DNA from: Alphaproteobacteria bacterium
GTDB lineage: Bacteria; Pseudomonadota; Alphaproteobacteria; SHVV01
NCBI GenBank assembly: GCA_965261735.1
Contig: OZ253470.1
Location: 704,001-768,000, forward strand
Reading direction: 5' to 3'
Length of the DNA: 64,000 bases
Shown one piece after another: positions 50,556-64,000 of the stretch. The position numbers and the translations under genes are program-made. The notes below the pieces were generated by a model, which worked only from the letters and a program-made list of their open reading frames with translations, was not told the origin of the DNA and did no database searches. Position 1 is the stretch's first letter. Each line of letters opens with the position of its first letter.

Positions 50556-51134
50556 TCAGACGAGCCCCAGTTCCGCTTCCAGCGCGCCGCACAGCATCTG
50601 GCCGAGGGTGATGTGCATCTCCTGAATCCGGGCGGTCGTTGTCGAGGGCACGAGAATCAAGGGATCGGCAAGGCCCGGCAGCCTGCCCCCCGTGCCCCCC
50701 GAGAGCGCCGCCGCCACGGCGCCGATCTCGCGCGCGGCCTCGAGCCCGAGAATCACGTTGCGGCTGTTGCCCGAGGTGGTGAGCGCGATCGCGACATCGC
50801 CGGCGCCGCACAACGCGCGCACCTGCCGGGCGAACAGCTCGTCGAACCCGAGGTCGTTGCCGATGGCGGTCAGGGCCGAGGTGTCCGTGGTCAGCGCCAG
50901 CGCCGCGATCGCTGCGCGGTTGCGGCGGTAGCGCACGACGAGCTCGGCCGCCAAATGCTGCGCGTCCGCGGCACTGCCGCCGTTGCCGAAGAACACGAGC
51001 TTGTGGCCCGCGCGCGCGGCGCCGACGGCGGCCTCGACGAGGCGCAGGAACGGCGCCCGCGCGGCGCCCGCGGTGGCTTCGGCCACCGCCCGATGCTCGG
51101 CAAACTCGGCGTCGTAGAAGCTATCGAGGTCCAT
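50556..51134 (-). CDS. gmhA: D-sedoheptulose 7-phosphate isomerase
   Basis: GNGGSAADAQH, TAIGND, TSGNS.N, TARIQEMH. Confidence 0.96.
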   Translation of the reverse strand: MDLDSFYDAEFAEHRAVAEATAGAARAPFLRLVEAAVGAARAGHKLVFFGNGGSAADAQHLAAELVVRYRRNRAAIAALALTTDTSALTAIGNDLGFDELFARQVRALCGAGDVAIALTTSGNSRNVILGLEAAREIGAVAAALSGGTGGRLPGLADPLILVPSTTTARIQEMHITLGQMLCGALEAELGLV

Positions 51135-51215
51135 GGCCCGCGATCGTCTCGTGGCGCCACCTTGTATCGGAAAATCGCCGCCCGCGCCACGCGCGCGGGT
51201 GCGCGGGTGCGCGCC

Positions 51216-51959
51216 TCAGGTCGAGAGCACCCGTATGCCCGTGCCTTCGAGGATGAGGCACGACAGGCAGCCCGAGGCAAAGGCGCCGGTATCGACGCCG
51301 ATGCGGTTGTCACGTACCACGACATGCTGCGAGATCGAGTGGCCGTGCACGACGCGCACACCGTGATCGGCTTCCGCCTCGAGGAACTCGCTCCGGATCC
51401 ACATCAGGTCCTCGCCGCGCTGCTCGTCGAGGGCGACACCGGGGCGGATGCCGGCATGCACGAACAGGTAGTCGCCGATCCTGTGAGTCAGCCCCAAGCC
51501 GTCGAGAAACGCGCGGTGGCGGGCCGGTAGCTGCTCGTTGAGGGCGCGCCGGGCCGCCTCGAAATCATGGCGGGTGACCCCAGCGAGCTCGACCTCATAG
51601 CTTCGTACCGTCGCCCCGGCGCCGTTGAGGAACCAGGACTCGCCGAACCTCGAATCCTCGAGGAAGCTCAGCATCAGGTCCTCGTGGTTGCCCTTGAGGT
51701 GAACCGCGGTGAACCCGGGCAGCGAAGGGGAGAGCAGGCGGTCGATGACGCCGCGGACGGCGAAGCCGCGATCGACGTAGTCGCCGAGGTAGACGATCGA
51801 CTTCGCCAACTCCCCAGCGCCGAGGGCATCGATATGAATGGCTTCGTGGAGCTCGTCGAGGAGATCGGCGCGGCCATGGATGTCGCCAATGGCATAGACA
51901 CGCTGCCCCTCGGGCACGCGCGACGCAGACCCTTCTTGCCGTTCGACTCCTGGCTGCAT
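51216..51959 (-). CDS. Metallophosphoesterase (Ser/Thr phosphatase PrpA-like)
   Basis: IGDIHG, LGDYVDRG, LKGNHE, VHAG, VHGH, VDTGA. Confidence 0.92.
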   Translation of the reverse strand: MQPGVERQEGSASRVPEGQRVYAIGDIHGRADLLDELHEAIHIDALGAGELAKSIVYLGDYVDRGFAVRGVIDRLLSPSLPGFTAVHLKGNHEDLMLSFLEDSRFGESWFLNGAGATVRSYEVELAGVTRHDFEAARRALNEQLPARHRAFLDGLGLTHRIGDYLFVHAGIRPGVALDEQRGEDLMWIRSEFLEAEADHGVRVVHGHSISQHVVVRDNRIGVDTGAFASGCLSCLILEGTGIRVLST

Positions 51960-52113
51960 GTCGGCGATGAGAGGCTCCCCGCGCGCACGATGCGCGACCC
52001 CGGCGCCACTATGCGGCAATCACCCGGACGGCGCAAAGGGGGCCGCCGCCCGCGCGAAGCGCGCACGCTCGCGATCCTTTCGCGGGGACCCCATTTCACG
52101 CCATAGTGGCGCC

Positions 52114-52869
52114 ATGAGCGATGCTGCGATCGAGGTCGAGTCGCTAACCAAGCGCTACGGCGAGGTTCTTGCCGTCGACGCCATAACGTTCGCCATTCCG
52201 GCGGGCGCCTCGGTCGGACTCCTGGGCGGCAACGGCGCCGGCAAGACGACGACGATCGCCATGCTGCTCGGCGTCATCATACCGACCGCCGGTCGCATCA
52301 AGATGCTCGGCGAGGACATCCTGCGGCATCGCTTTCGCGTGCTGCCGAGGACCAACTTCTCCTCGCCGTACGTCGATCTGCCGAAGCGCCTCACGGTCGA
52401 GCAAAACCTGCGCGTGTACGCCCGGCTCTACGGCGTGCGCGGGGCGGCGGCAAAGATCGCCGAGCTCGCGGTCGCGCTCGATGTCGCCGACTTCCTGAAG
52501 CGCCCCTTCGGCAGCCTGTCGTCGGGCCAAAAGACCCGCGTCGCGCTCGCCAAGGCACTCATCAACGACCCCGTGCTGCTGCTGTTGGACGAGCCCACCG
52601 CGTCGCTCGATCCCGACACCGCGGACTGGGTGCGGACCTACCTCAAGGACTACCAGACCCGAACCGGTGCCACGATCGTGCTGGCCTCGCACAACATGCT
52701 CGAGGTCGAGCGCATCTGCAACGACGTGCTGGTACTCAAGACGGGCCGCATCGTCGACCGTGGCTCGCCCACCTACCTGATCGACAAGTACGGGCGCCAA
52801 ACCCTCGAGGAGGTGTTCCTCGACATTGCCCGCGGCAGCGCCGGCACCGTAAGGACGGCGGCACAGTGA
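52114..52869 (+). CDS. ABC transporter ATP-binding protein
   Basis: GGNGAGKTT, LSSGQKTRV, LDEPTASLD, ASH. Confidence 0.93.
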   Translation: MSDAAIEVESLTKRYGEVLAVDAITFAIPAGASVGLLGGNGAGKTTTIAMLLGVIIPTAGRIKMLGEDILRHRFRVLPRTNFSSPYVDLPKRLTVEQNLRVYARLYGVRGAAAKIAELAVALDVADFLKRPFGSLSSGQKTRVALAKALINDPVLLLLDEPTASLDPDTADWVRTYLKDYQTRTGATIVLASHNMLEVERICNDVLVLKTGRIVDRGSPTYLIDKYGRQTLEEVFLDIARGSAGTVRTAAQ

Positions 52870-53702
52870 GCGCGCCCAGCGCCGAGCGATCGACCGCCAG
52901 CGGGCCGCGGCTCGCCGCCGGCCGCATCGGCGCTCTCGTACTGCGCTACACCTACCTGATCTACGGCTCCTGGCCGCGCCTCATCGAGATGGCGTACTGG
53001 CCGACCGTGCAGATCATCCTGTGGGGCTTCATCAGCCAGTTCCTGATTGCCCACTCGAGCTACTTGGCGCAGGCCTTCGGCGTTCTGCTGGCGGCGGTGA
53101 TGCTGTGGGACGTGATGTTCCGCAGCCAGCTCGGCGTGTCGATCTCGTTCCTCGAGGAGATCTGGTCGCGCAACCTCGGCCACCTGTTCGTGAGCCCCTT
53201 ACGACCCTATGAGTTCGCTATCGCGCTGATGGTGATGAGCCTCATTCGCACGCTGTTCGGTCTCCTGCCTGCGGCCCTTCTCGCCATGGCCTTCTTCGGC
53301 TTCAACGTCTTCGAGCTTGGCCTGTCGCTGATCGGCTTCTTCTTCAATCTTGTCGTCATGGGGTGGAGCATCGCCCTCGTCATCTGCGGCCTCATCCTGC
53401 GGTTCGGGCTCGGCGCCGAGAGTCTCGCCTGGGCGTTCATGTTCGGGCTCGCGCCGCTGTGCGGCATCTACTACCCGGTCTCGGTGCTGCCCGACTGGCT
53501 ACAGCCGGTGGCCTACGCCCTGCCGGCGAGCCACGTGTTCGAGGGCATGCGCGCGGTCGTCATCGACAACGTGGTGCGCACCGACCTCTTGCTCAACGCC
53601 CTCGCTCTCAACGTCGTTTTCCTCGCCGTCGGGACCGTAGTGTTCGCGATCTTCTTCCGGGTCGCGCGACTGCGCGGCCAGCTCTTCCAGCTCGGCGAAT
53701 GA
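52866..53702 (+). CDS. ABC-2 transporter permease
   Basis: SWPRL, FLEEIWSRNL, YYPVSVLP, HVFEGMR; GTGA coupling to the ATPase. Confidence 0.92.
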   Translation: MSAPSAERSTASGPRLAAGRIGALVLRYTYLIYGSWPRLIEMAYWPTVQIILWGFISQFLIAHSSYLAQAFGVLLAAVMLWDVMFRSQLGVSISFLEEIWSRNLGHLFVSPLRPYEFAIALMVMSLIRTLFGLLPAALLAMAFFGFNVFELGLSLIGFFFNLVVMGWSIALVICGLILRFGLGAESLAWAFMFGLAPLCGIYYPVSVLPDWLQPVAYALPASHVFEGMRAVVIDNVVRTDLLLNALALNVVFLAVGTVVFAIFFRVARLRGQLFQLGE

Positions 53703-53706
53703 AGCC

Positions 53707-54339
53707 ATGCCGCAACAAGTGACCCGCTGGTGGTGGGTGCGCCACGCACCCGTCGTCGGCCACGACGGCCGCATTTACGGCAACAACGACGTGCCGGCCG
53801 ACGTGTCCGACCGCGAGGCCTTCAGCCGGCTCGCGGCCGGCCTGCCGCGCGACGCCGTCTGGGTCAGCAGCCATTTGCAGCGCGCGCGCCACACGCTGGC
53901 GGCGATCACCGAGCACGCGGCGACGGCCGAGCCGGGCGCCGAGGCGCTCGTCGAGTCCGACCTCGCCGAGCAGAGTTTCGGGGACTGGCAAGGCATGACC
54001 TGGGAGGAGGTCCAGGCCCAAGGCTCGGCCGAGGTGCGCCACAAGTTCTGGATTGCGCCTGCGGCCACGCGGCCCCCGGGCGGCGAGCGCTTCGTCGACG
54101 TCATCGCGCGCGTGGCCGCCGTCGTCGAGCGCCTGACCGTGGCCCACGCCGGCCGCGACATCGTCGCGGTGACGCACGGAGGCACCATCCGCGCCGCCCT
54201 CGCCATCGCCCTCGACCTTGACCCCGAACTGGCGCTCGGGTTCGCCACCGAGAACCTGTCGACCACGCGCATCGACCATGTCAGCGGCCCCGGGCACGGC
54301 GGCAACTGGCGGGTCGGCTTCGTGAACCTGCGCCCGTAA
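53707..54339 (+). CDS. Histidine phosphatase family (CobC/PGM-like)
   Basis: VRHAP, SS.LQRA, EQSFGDWQG, PPGGE, VTHGGTIRA. Confidence 0.9.
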   Translation: MPQQVTRWWWVRHAPVVGHDGRIYGNNDVPADVSDREAFSRLAAGLPRDAVWVSSHLQRARHTLAAITEHAATAEPGAEALVESDLAEQSFGDWQGMTWEEVQAQGSAEVRHKFWIAPAATRPPGGERFVDVIARVAAVVERLTVAHAGRDIVAVTHGGTIRAALAIALDLDPELALGFATENLSTTRIDHVSGPGHGGNWRVGFVNLRP

Positions 54340-54413
54340 GCCGCGCCGTTGGCGGCGCCCGCCGGGACTGATAGGTTCGACCACCATCGGGACGAATGCC
54401 GAAAGGACGAGCC

Positions 54414-55112
54414 ATGATCGAGCGTCGCCATTCACGCCGAGGAAGATGGGCCTACGCGGGTCTTGCGGTATTTGCGATAGCGTTGACCGCGAGCGTGGGC
54501 GCGCGCGCCGCCGAGCCCGAGGCGCTGGTCGATGCGGCGCGCCACACGGTCGAGGCGCTGGCCGCCGATCCCGACATGGCCTCGATGCGCAACCTCCTCA
54601 AGGACGCCAAGGGCGTGCTCGTCATACCGCAGCTGCTCAAGGCCGGCTTCATCATCGGCGGCTCGGGCGGCAGCGGGGTTCTGCTCGCCAGCGGCGATAG
54701 CTGGAGCGACCCCGCGTTCTTCACGCTGGGCGCGGGCTCGATCGGCTTCCAGTTCGGCGGCCAGGCGTCCGAAGTGGTGCTGCTCCTGATGACGTCGCGG
54801 GCGCTGGATGCGGTCATCCACAACCAGATCAAGCTCGGCGCCGACCTCAGCGTTGCCGCGGGACCGGTGGGCCGCGGCATGGAGGCGGCGACGACCACCA
54901 ACCTCGGCGCCGACATCTACTCGTTTGCGCGGGCCAAGGGCCTGTTCGCCGGGGTCTCGTTCGAGGGTGCCTTCATCAAGGCGCGCGAGGACTGGAATCG
55001 GATGTTCTACGGCCGCCCGGCGACGGCGCGCCAGATCGTCATCCTGCGCCAGGTCACCGGGGTCAAGGCCGATGCGCTGAAGTCGGCGCTCGTCGCGGCG
55101 GCCAGCGGTTGA
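54414..55112 (+). CDS. Secreted SYLF/Ysc84 lipid-binding domain protein
   Basis: Signal peptide; KAGFIIGGSGG.GV, GFQFGGQ, AAGPVG, AKGLFAGVSFEG. Confidence 0.88.
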   Translation: MIERRHSRRGRWAYAGLAVFAIALTASVGARAAEPEALVDAARHTVEALAADPDMASMRNLLKDAKGVLVIPQLLKAGFIIGGSGGSGVLLASGDSWSDPAFFTLGAGSIGFQFGGQASEVVLLLMTSRALDAVIHNQIKLGADLSVAAGPVGRGMEAATTTNLGADIYSFARAKGLFAGVSFEGAFIKAREDWNRMFYGRPATARQIVILRQVTGVKADALKSALVAAASG

Positions 55113-55115
55113 ACG

Positions 55116-56085
55116 CTAGAGGCCGAGGCGTAGCATCGCGAACAACGCGAGCGCGCCGAGATTGACGAGGCCGGCCACGGCGCAGAGATAAAGCGCGCGT
55201 GCGAGTCCGCCGCCGAGTAGCGCCGGCGTCGTCCGCCAATTGTCGACGGCGAGGCCAAAGGCGCCGAACGCCGCCGCCACGGGCCAGCCCCGGCTCAATG
55301 GCCTGGGTGCGGCCCGCGCCAGCGCCGTGAGCGCGCGCGTGGGGTTGGCGCCGGGCACGACGATCGCGGCGATGGTCAGCGCCAGGCCGGCGAGAAGCGC
55401 CGGCACGGCGCACGCGACCTCGTTCAGCCGGGAAGCGGGCGAAGCCGAAGTTGACGAAGCGCGCTTGGTCGTCGCTGAGCCGGTGGGCGAGGATGTTGAC
55501 AGCACGATAGGCGGCCAAGCCGGGCAGTCCGAGGAAGACGAACCAGAAGCCGCCGGCGATGAGGCCCTCGTTGAACCGAACGACGAGGGCCGCCGCGACG
55601 CGACCGCCGAGCGCATGTCGGTCCGGCGGTGCCGCGTCCCCCAGCAGCCCCGCGGCCGCGCGACGGGCCGCGCCGATATCGCCGCCATCGAGCGCGCGCG
55701 AGACGTCCCAGGCGAGCGCAAAGGGGCGGCGTTGATCGATCAGGCCGAGGACGAGCAGGAAGCCGGCGATCCAGCCGAGCGGCACTTGAGCCCACAGCGC
55801 CGCCCCTACCTGTCCGGCGAGGTAGCCGAGCGCGGCTACGAACACGACCAGGAGCAAGCCCCGGATGAGGCGTGTCGCGGCGCCGCGCTGTTCACGGTTG
55901 AGGCGGCGATCGAGGGCATCGATGAGGGGCGCGAGCACCTGGGGGGCGAGCCCCGCGGGTGGGCCGTTTCGTCGGCGAACGGCGCCCAGCACCACATCCA
56001 CCAGCAGCACGAGCAACAGCAGTATGATGGGGTCCGGCCCGAAGGCGAGCGCGGCAAAGCTCAGGTCCAACCGGTCGCCGGCCAT
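55116..56085 (-). pseudogene. CobD/CbiB-like membrane protein, frameshifted near 55438
   Basis: LDRRLNR..R..RG, FWF..LGLPGL.AYRAVN; removing one base gives FGFAASRLNEV...PALL. Confidence 0.65.
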
Positions 56086-56243
56086 TGCCGCAGCATGCGC
56101 ACGCCCCGCCGGCGCGTCAATCCGCAAGCGCGTGCGGGTGCATCCGGCGCGCGGCGCCGGCGGGCACCGGGCGCGGGGTGCGTGCTTGCCAGCGCCTGAT
56201 TTCGCCTATACGACTCGGGCGCGGCAACGATACGGAAGCACCC

Positions 56244-56711
56244 ATGACCGATCGGCCCTTCTGGCGGACCAAGCGGCTCGAGGACATGACTTCCAGCGAG
56301 TGGGAGGCGCTGTGCGACGGCTGCGGCAAGTGCTGCCTGCTCAAGGCCGAGGACGAGAATACCGGTGAGGTCCTGTATACGGAGGTCGCCTGCCGGCTAC
56401 TCGATCTCGAGAGCTGCCGCTGCACCGACTATCGCCACCGCAAGCGCCACGTCCCCGACTGCGTGCAGCTGACGCCACATGGGGTACGCACCATCCCCTG
56501 GCTGCCGGCGACCTGCGCTTACCGCCTCGTCGACGAGGGCCATGATCTCTACTGGTGGCACCACCTGATCTCGAGCGATCCGGAGACGGTGCACCTGGCT
56601 GGCATCTCGGTGAAGGGCCGCGCGCTGCCCGAGGGCGATGTCGGCGATCCCCTCTCCCACCTCGCCGCATGGCCGGCAGAGGGCGCGGCGCCCGAGGCGG
56701 ACGGCACGTGA
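56244..56711 (+). CDS. ycgN: YcgN family cysteine cluster protein
   Basis: [30 protein letters not shown]. Confidence 0.92.
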   Translation: MTDRPFWRTKRLEDMTSSEWEALCDGCGKCCLLKAEDENTGEVLYTEVACRLLDLESCRCTDYRHRKRHVPDCVQLTPHGVRTIPWLPATCAYRLVDEGHDLYWWHHLISSDPETVHLAGISVKGRALPEGDVGDPLSHLAAWPAEGAAPEADGT

Positions 56712-57631
56712 GCGCACCGCACCCCACGCCGCCGAAGGGCGTGTTTGCCGCGGCGCTTACACCACTCGACGAAAACCTCGCCCCCGACCATGGGGCGCTC
56801 GTCGCGCACTGCCGCTGGCTCCTGGCCAACGGCTGCGACGGCCTCGCGGTGCTCGGGACCACCGGCGAGGCCAACTCGTTCTCGGTCGCCGAGCGCATCG
56901 CCCTCCTCGAGGCACTGGTCGGCGCCGGCGTACCGGGCGCGGCGCTGCTCCCCGGAACCGGCTGCTGCGCCATCCCCGACACGGTGACGCTGAGCCGCGC
57001 CGCCCTCGACCTCGGCGTCGCCGGCGTCGTCACGCTGCCGCCGTTCTACTACAAGGGGGTGAGCGAGGACGGCCTGTTCGCGGCCTACGCGGAAATCATC
57101 GAGCGCGTCGGCGATGACCGGCTGCGGATCTATCTCTACCACTTCCCGCGGATGTCGGGCGTCCCGCTCAGCCTCGGGTTGATCGAACGCCTGCGCAAGG
57201 CCTACCCGGACGCGATCGCCGGCATCAAGGACTCGAGCGGCGATGCCGCTAACATGGAAGCGATGATCCGCAATTTCCCGGGATTTCGCGTGTTTCCGGG
57301 GACCGAGAAGCTGCTTCTCGACATGCTGCGCAAGGGCGCCGCCGGCTGCATCTCGGCCACGGTCAACGTCACCAGCCCGCTCGCCGCCGAGGTCTATCGT
57401 AAGTGGGATGGCCCGTCGGCCGAAAGCTTGCAGGGACGGCTGGCGGCAATACGCGAGTCGATCGAGGCCTATCCCCTGATACCGGCGCTGAAGGCGATCA
57501 TGGAGCGCCACAGTGGCCGGGCCGGCTGGCGCCACATGCGGCCACCGAACATGCCTCTCAGCGAATCGGCGAAGGAGGCGCTGTTCGCCGCCATTGACGC
57601 CACCGGCGTCGCGCTCGCCAACGCCGCATGA
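56708..57631 (+). CDS. Dihydrodipicolinate synthase (DapA) family aldolase
   Basis: [27 protein letters not shown]. Confidence 0.9.
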   Translation: MSAPHPTPPKGVFAAALTPLDENLAPDHGALVAHCRWLLANGCDGLAVLGTTGEANSFSVAERIALLEALVGAGVPGAALLPGTGCCAIPDTVTLSRAALDLGVAGVVTLPPFYYKGVSEDGLFAAYAEIIERVGDDRLRIYLYHFPRMSGVPLSLGLIERLRKAYPDAIAGIKDSSGDAANMEAMIRNFPGFRVFPGTEKLLLDMLRKGAAGCISATVNVTSPLAAEVYRKWDGPSAESLQGRLAAIRESIEAYPLIPALKAIMERHSGRAGWRHMRPPNMPLSESAKEALFAAIDATGVALANAA

Positions 57632-57715
57632 GGGCCGCGTCCTCGCGGCCGCTGCGCGAGTCGGCGCGGTAGGCCCGCGGCCGCCGCGCCCCTTACCCTG
57701 CAACGTCCAACCCTA

Positions 57716-58924
57716 GTGCGCCCGAACACGCTCGCTCTCGCGCTGCTGATGGCGGCCCTGATGACATTCGGGCCCATCTCGACGGACATGTACCTCGCGT
57801 CGCTGCCGGCGCTGGCCGAGGTCTTCGCGACCGAGGCCGGCACCGCACAGCTCACCCTGTCGGTGTATTTCGCCGGCATCGCGGTGGCTCAGCTCTTCAT
57901 CGGCACCCTGTCCGATCGATTCGGGCGCCGGCCCATACTGATCGGAGGGCTCGTCTTGTTCGTCGCCACGAGCACCGCGTGCGCGCTCGCGACCTCGATC
58001 GAGGTGCTCATAGGCCTGCGCTTCTGCCAGGCCTTCGGCGCCGCCTCGGCGACCGTTCTCTCGCGCGCGATCGTACGCGACCTGCACGAGCGTGCCGGCG
58101 CGGCGCACATGCTCGCACGTGTCGGCTCGATCATGGGTATCTCGCCGGTGCTGGCGCCGATTCTCGGCAGCTATCTCTTCGTATGGTTCGGCTGGCAGGC
58201 CAATTTCTGGGCCATGGCCGTCTATGGCGCCGGGGCGATGGTCTTCGTCGTGCTACTGCTCGGCGAAACACTCGCGCGCGGCGAACGCGCGCCGCTGAGA
58301 TTTGCCGCCGTGGCGTTCAGCTTCGCGCGGCTTGTGCGCCACCGCATCTTTCTCGGCTATGCGCTCCCCTACCTGTTCGTCTATGCCGGCATGTTCGCCT
58401 TCTTTACCGGCTTTCCCTTTATCGTCATTAACCTGCTGGGCCAGCCGGCCGAGTATTTCGGTTATTTTTTCGCGGCTGTCGTCATCGGCTTCCCGATCGG
58501 CACGTTCATCGCCGGGCGCTTGACCCGGCACTTCTCGATCGATGACGTGCTCCGGGTCGCGGTCAGCCTCTCCGCCCTGTCGGCGCTCGTCGTCGCGGCG
58601 TTTGCCTGGGCTGGCGTTACCCATCTGCTCGCGGTCATGGTGCCGATGCTGGCCTATCAGGTCACCGTCGGGATGATCAATCCGCTCGCCCAGGCTTCGG
58701 CTCTCGCGCCGTTTCCCGAGATCGCGGGTAAGGCCGCCGCAGTGATGGGGGCTGGGCAGATGGGCGCGGCCTCGCTCGCGAGCTACCTCGTGGGCGCGAC
58801 GCACGACGGCACGGCCATTCCGCAGCTCACGCTGGTCGCCCTTTTCGGCGTCGGCGTGTTCGCGAGCTATCGGCTTCTGGTGTGGAAGCGGCCGCTGGCC
58901 GCCGACGATGCGCGGGCCGCCTGA
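57716..58924 (+). CDS. Bcr/CflA family multidrug MFS transporter
   Basis: STDMYLASLP, LSDRFGRRP, RAIVRDL, APILG. Confidence 0.92.
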   Translation: MRPNTLALALLMAALMTFGPISTDMYLASLPALAEVFATEAGTAQLTLSVYFAGIAVAQLFIGTLSDRFGRRPILIGGLVLFVATSTACALATSIEVLIGLRFCQAFGAASATVLSRAIVRDLHERAGAAHMLARVGSIMGISPVLAPILGSYLFVWFGWQANFWAMAVYGAGAMVFVVLLLGETLARGERAPLRFAAVAFSFARLVRHRIFLGYALPYLFVYAGMFAFFTGFPFIVINLLGQPAEYFGYFFAAVVIGFPIGTFIAGRLTRHFSIDDVLRVAVSLSALSALVVAAFAWAGVTHLLAVMVPMLAYQVTVGMINPLAQASALAPFPEIAGKAAAVMGAGQMGAASLASYLVGATHDGTAIPQLTLVALFGVGVFASYRLLVWKRPLAADDARAA

Positions 58925-58970
58925 CCGGACACGACCGTCACCGAGCCCGGGCGCTGACCAGCGGCCGCGC

Positions 58971-60788
58971 CTACAGCCCTTCGTGCGCCGCCGTCATGAA
59001 GCGGCGCCATATCTCGGCCGGCAGGCCGCCTCCGGTGACGCCGCGGGTGGGCGATCCGTCATCGTTGCCGACCCACACACCGGCGGTGAGATCGGCGGTG
59101 AAGCCGATGAACCAGGCGTCACGATGATCGCCGCTGGTGCCGGTCTTGCCGGCGGCGGGGCGGCCAAGCGCGGCCGCCTTGCCGGTGCCCTCGGCGACGA
59201 CAGCACGGAGTAAGTCGGTGAGCGCGCGCGCACGCGGCGCGGCGACGACTTGGCCTGGGCCGGCACCCTGCCGGCGGTAGAGCCGCGCCCCGGCGCGATC
59301 TCGAATCTCTCTGATGCCATAGGCGAACACGCCGCGGCCGCCATTGGCGAGGACAGCGTAGGCGGTCGTCAGCTCGAGAAGCGTGACGTCGACGGCGCCG
59401 AGGGCGATGGAGGGATGCGCCGCCATCGGGCTGGTCACGCCGAGCCGTATTGCGGCGTCCCTCACCTTAGCCCGGCCGACATGTTCGCTGACCCTGACGG
59501 CCACGGTATTGATCGAGCGGGCGAAGGCCTCGCGCAAGGTCACCGCGCCGACGAAACCTGCGTCGTAGTTGCCCGGCCGCCAGCCGCCGACATCGACCGG
59601 TTCGTCGCGCATCACACTTTCGGGTGAGAGGCCGGCCTCGAGACCGGCGAGATAAACAAACAGCTTGAACGCCGAGCCCGGCTGGCGGCGGGCGTTGGCC
59701 GCGCGGTTGAAGGGGCTCCGCCCAAAGTCCCGGCCGCCGACCATGGCCCTGACGGCGCCGTCGCGATCGAGCGCGACCAGGGCCGCCTGAGAGACGCGAA
59801 AGCGCGCCCCGCTCCGCGCCAGCGCCTCCTCCACGGCGCGCGCGGCGGCCGCCTGCATGGTGGGATCGAGTGTCGTGGCGATTTCGAGGTCGGCGACCGC
59901 GGGGCCGGCGAAATCCGGCACCTGGGCCATCACCCAGTCGGCGAAATAGCGGCCCCGCGAGCTCCCTTCGGCGCGAGGTACGAGGACCGGGCGATCGGTT
60001 CGCGCCGCGCGCCGCGCCGCTGGTGTGATGGTGCCCGCCGCGACCATCGCATCGAGCACGGTGCGCGCGCGCGCCCACGCCCCTTCGGGGTCGGCGGACG
60101 GGGCATAGCGCGAGGGCGCCTTCAACAGGCCCGCCAGCATCGCCGCCTCGGCCAGCGACACCGACCGGGCCGATTTGCCGAAATAGCGCCGCGCCGCGGC
60201 CTCGACGCCGTAGGTGCCGGCGCCGAGATAGACGCGATTGAGGTACAGGGTAAGGATCTCCTCCTTGCTCAGGGCGCGTTCGAGCCACAGCGCGAGCAGG
60301 GCTTCGCGGGCCTTGCGCGTCCAGCTGCGCTCGTGCGTGAGGAACAGGTTCTTGGCCAGTTGCTGGGTGATGGTGCTGCCGCCCTGGCGGATCGCGCCCG
60401 CGCGCAGGTTGGTGAACGCGGCGCGGCCGATGCTGCGCAGATCGATCCCTGAATGCTCCCAGAAGCGGCGGTCCTCGGTGGCGATCACCGCATCCAGGAG
60501 GGCGCGAGGCAGCGCCTCGAGACCGACGGGCGCCGCATGGGAGCCGCCGAGCGTGGCCAGCGGCGTGCCGTCGGCGGCGCGCAGGTGCAGCGCCGGCTGC
60601 GCCGCCACGACGCTGGCATGGATGTCGGGAAGCCCGTAGGCGAACCAGGCGAGGGCGGCACCGCCGGCGACCCCAGCCCAGATAAGGGCGATCGCGGACC
60701 CGCGGGCTAGCCGACCGAGGAGGCCCCGCCTTCGGCGCGGGTGGCCCCCATGGGTGCCGGCGTTCCTGGACTTCCCGCGCTTGGACAT
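58971..60788 (-). CDS. Class A penicillin-binding protein (PBP1A family)
   Basis: EDRRF..H.G, GGSTITQQLAKN, YLNRVYLG, SAFK, SIN, KTG motifs. Confidence 0.93.
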   Translation of the reverse strand: MSKRGKSRNAGTHGGHPRRRRGLLGRLARGSAIALIWAGVAGGAALAWFAYGLPDIHASVVAAQPALHLRAADGTPLATLGGSHAAPVGLEALPRALLDAVIATEDRRFWEHSGIDLRSIGRAAFTNLRAGAIRQGGSTITQQLAKNLFLTHERSWTRKAREALLALWLERALSKEEILTLYLNRVYLGAGTYGVEAAARRYFGKSARSVSLAEAAMLAGLLKAPSRYAPSADPEGAWARARTVLDAMVAAGTITPAARRAARTDRPVLVPRAEGSSRGRYFADWVMAQVPDFAGPAVADLEIATTLDPTMQAAAARAVEEALARSGARFRVSQAALVALDRDGAVRAMVGGRDFGRSPFNRAANARRQPGSAFKLFVYLAGLEAGLSPESVMRDEPVDVGGWRPGNYDAGFVGAVTLREAFARSINTVAVRVSEHVGRAKVRDAAIRLGVTSPMAAHPSIALGAVDVTLLELTTAYAVLANGGRGVFAYGIREIRDRAGARLYRRQGAGPGQVVAAPRARALTDLLRAVVAEGTGKAAALGRPAAGKTGTSGDHRDAWFIGFTADLTAGVWVGNDDGSPTRGVTGGGLPAEIWRRFMTAAHEGL

Positions 60789-60809
60789 GCCCGTGGCCCG
60801 GTCCCGGCG

Positions 60810-64000
<3,191 letters not shown>

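Overview
High-GC alphaproteobacterial (Rhodospirillales-like) chromosome segment. It carries the conserved core blocks folC / trxA-addA-addB-murU-amgK-tsaE / divL-like kinase-ahcY-rapZ-chvG-chvI / pckA, then polA, tRNA-Arg(CCG)-glnS, the ADP-heptose genes hldD-hldE-gmhA, a PBP1A and gyrB-recF. Overlaid on this are three near-identical copies of a ~1.1 kb IS1595-family element (ISSod11-type ends, 8-bp target duplications), one IS1182-family element, a lower-GC island of orphan ORFs ending in an ISNwi-like terminus, a vapBC pair, and two REP-like palindrome clusters that flank a two-gene cassette as inverted repeats. About nine accessory or regulatory genes are broken by IS insertion, nonsense change, frameshift or deletion, while the long housekeeping genes are intact, which suggests early genome decay. 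I did not find a clearly complete novel multi-gene system. The most unusual signals are: an IS insertion at trxA that rebuilds its Shine-Dalgarno site, three promoter alleles of the same IS, a triple-hit divL-like pseudogene with a phased GANTC triad upstream, a Pol I lacking all proofreading carboxylates, and an unannotated 59-aa ORF. All calls come from reading the sequence by eye and from recalled family motifs; no searches were run.
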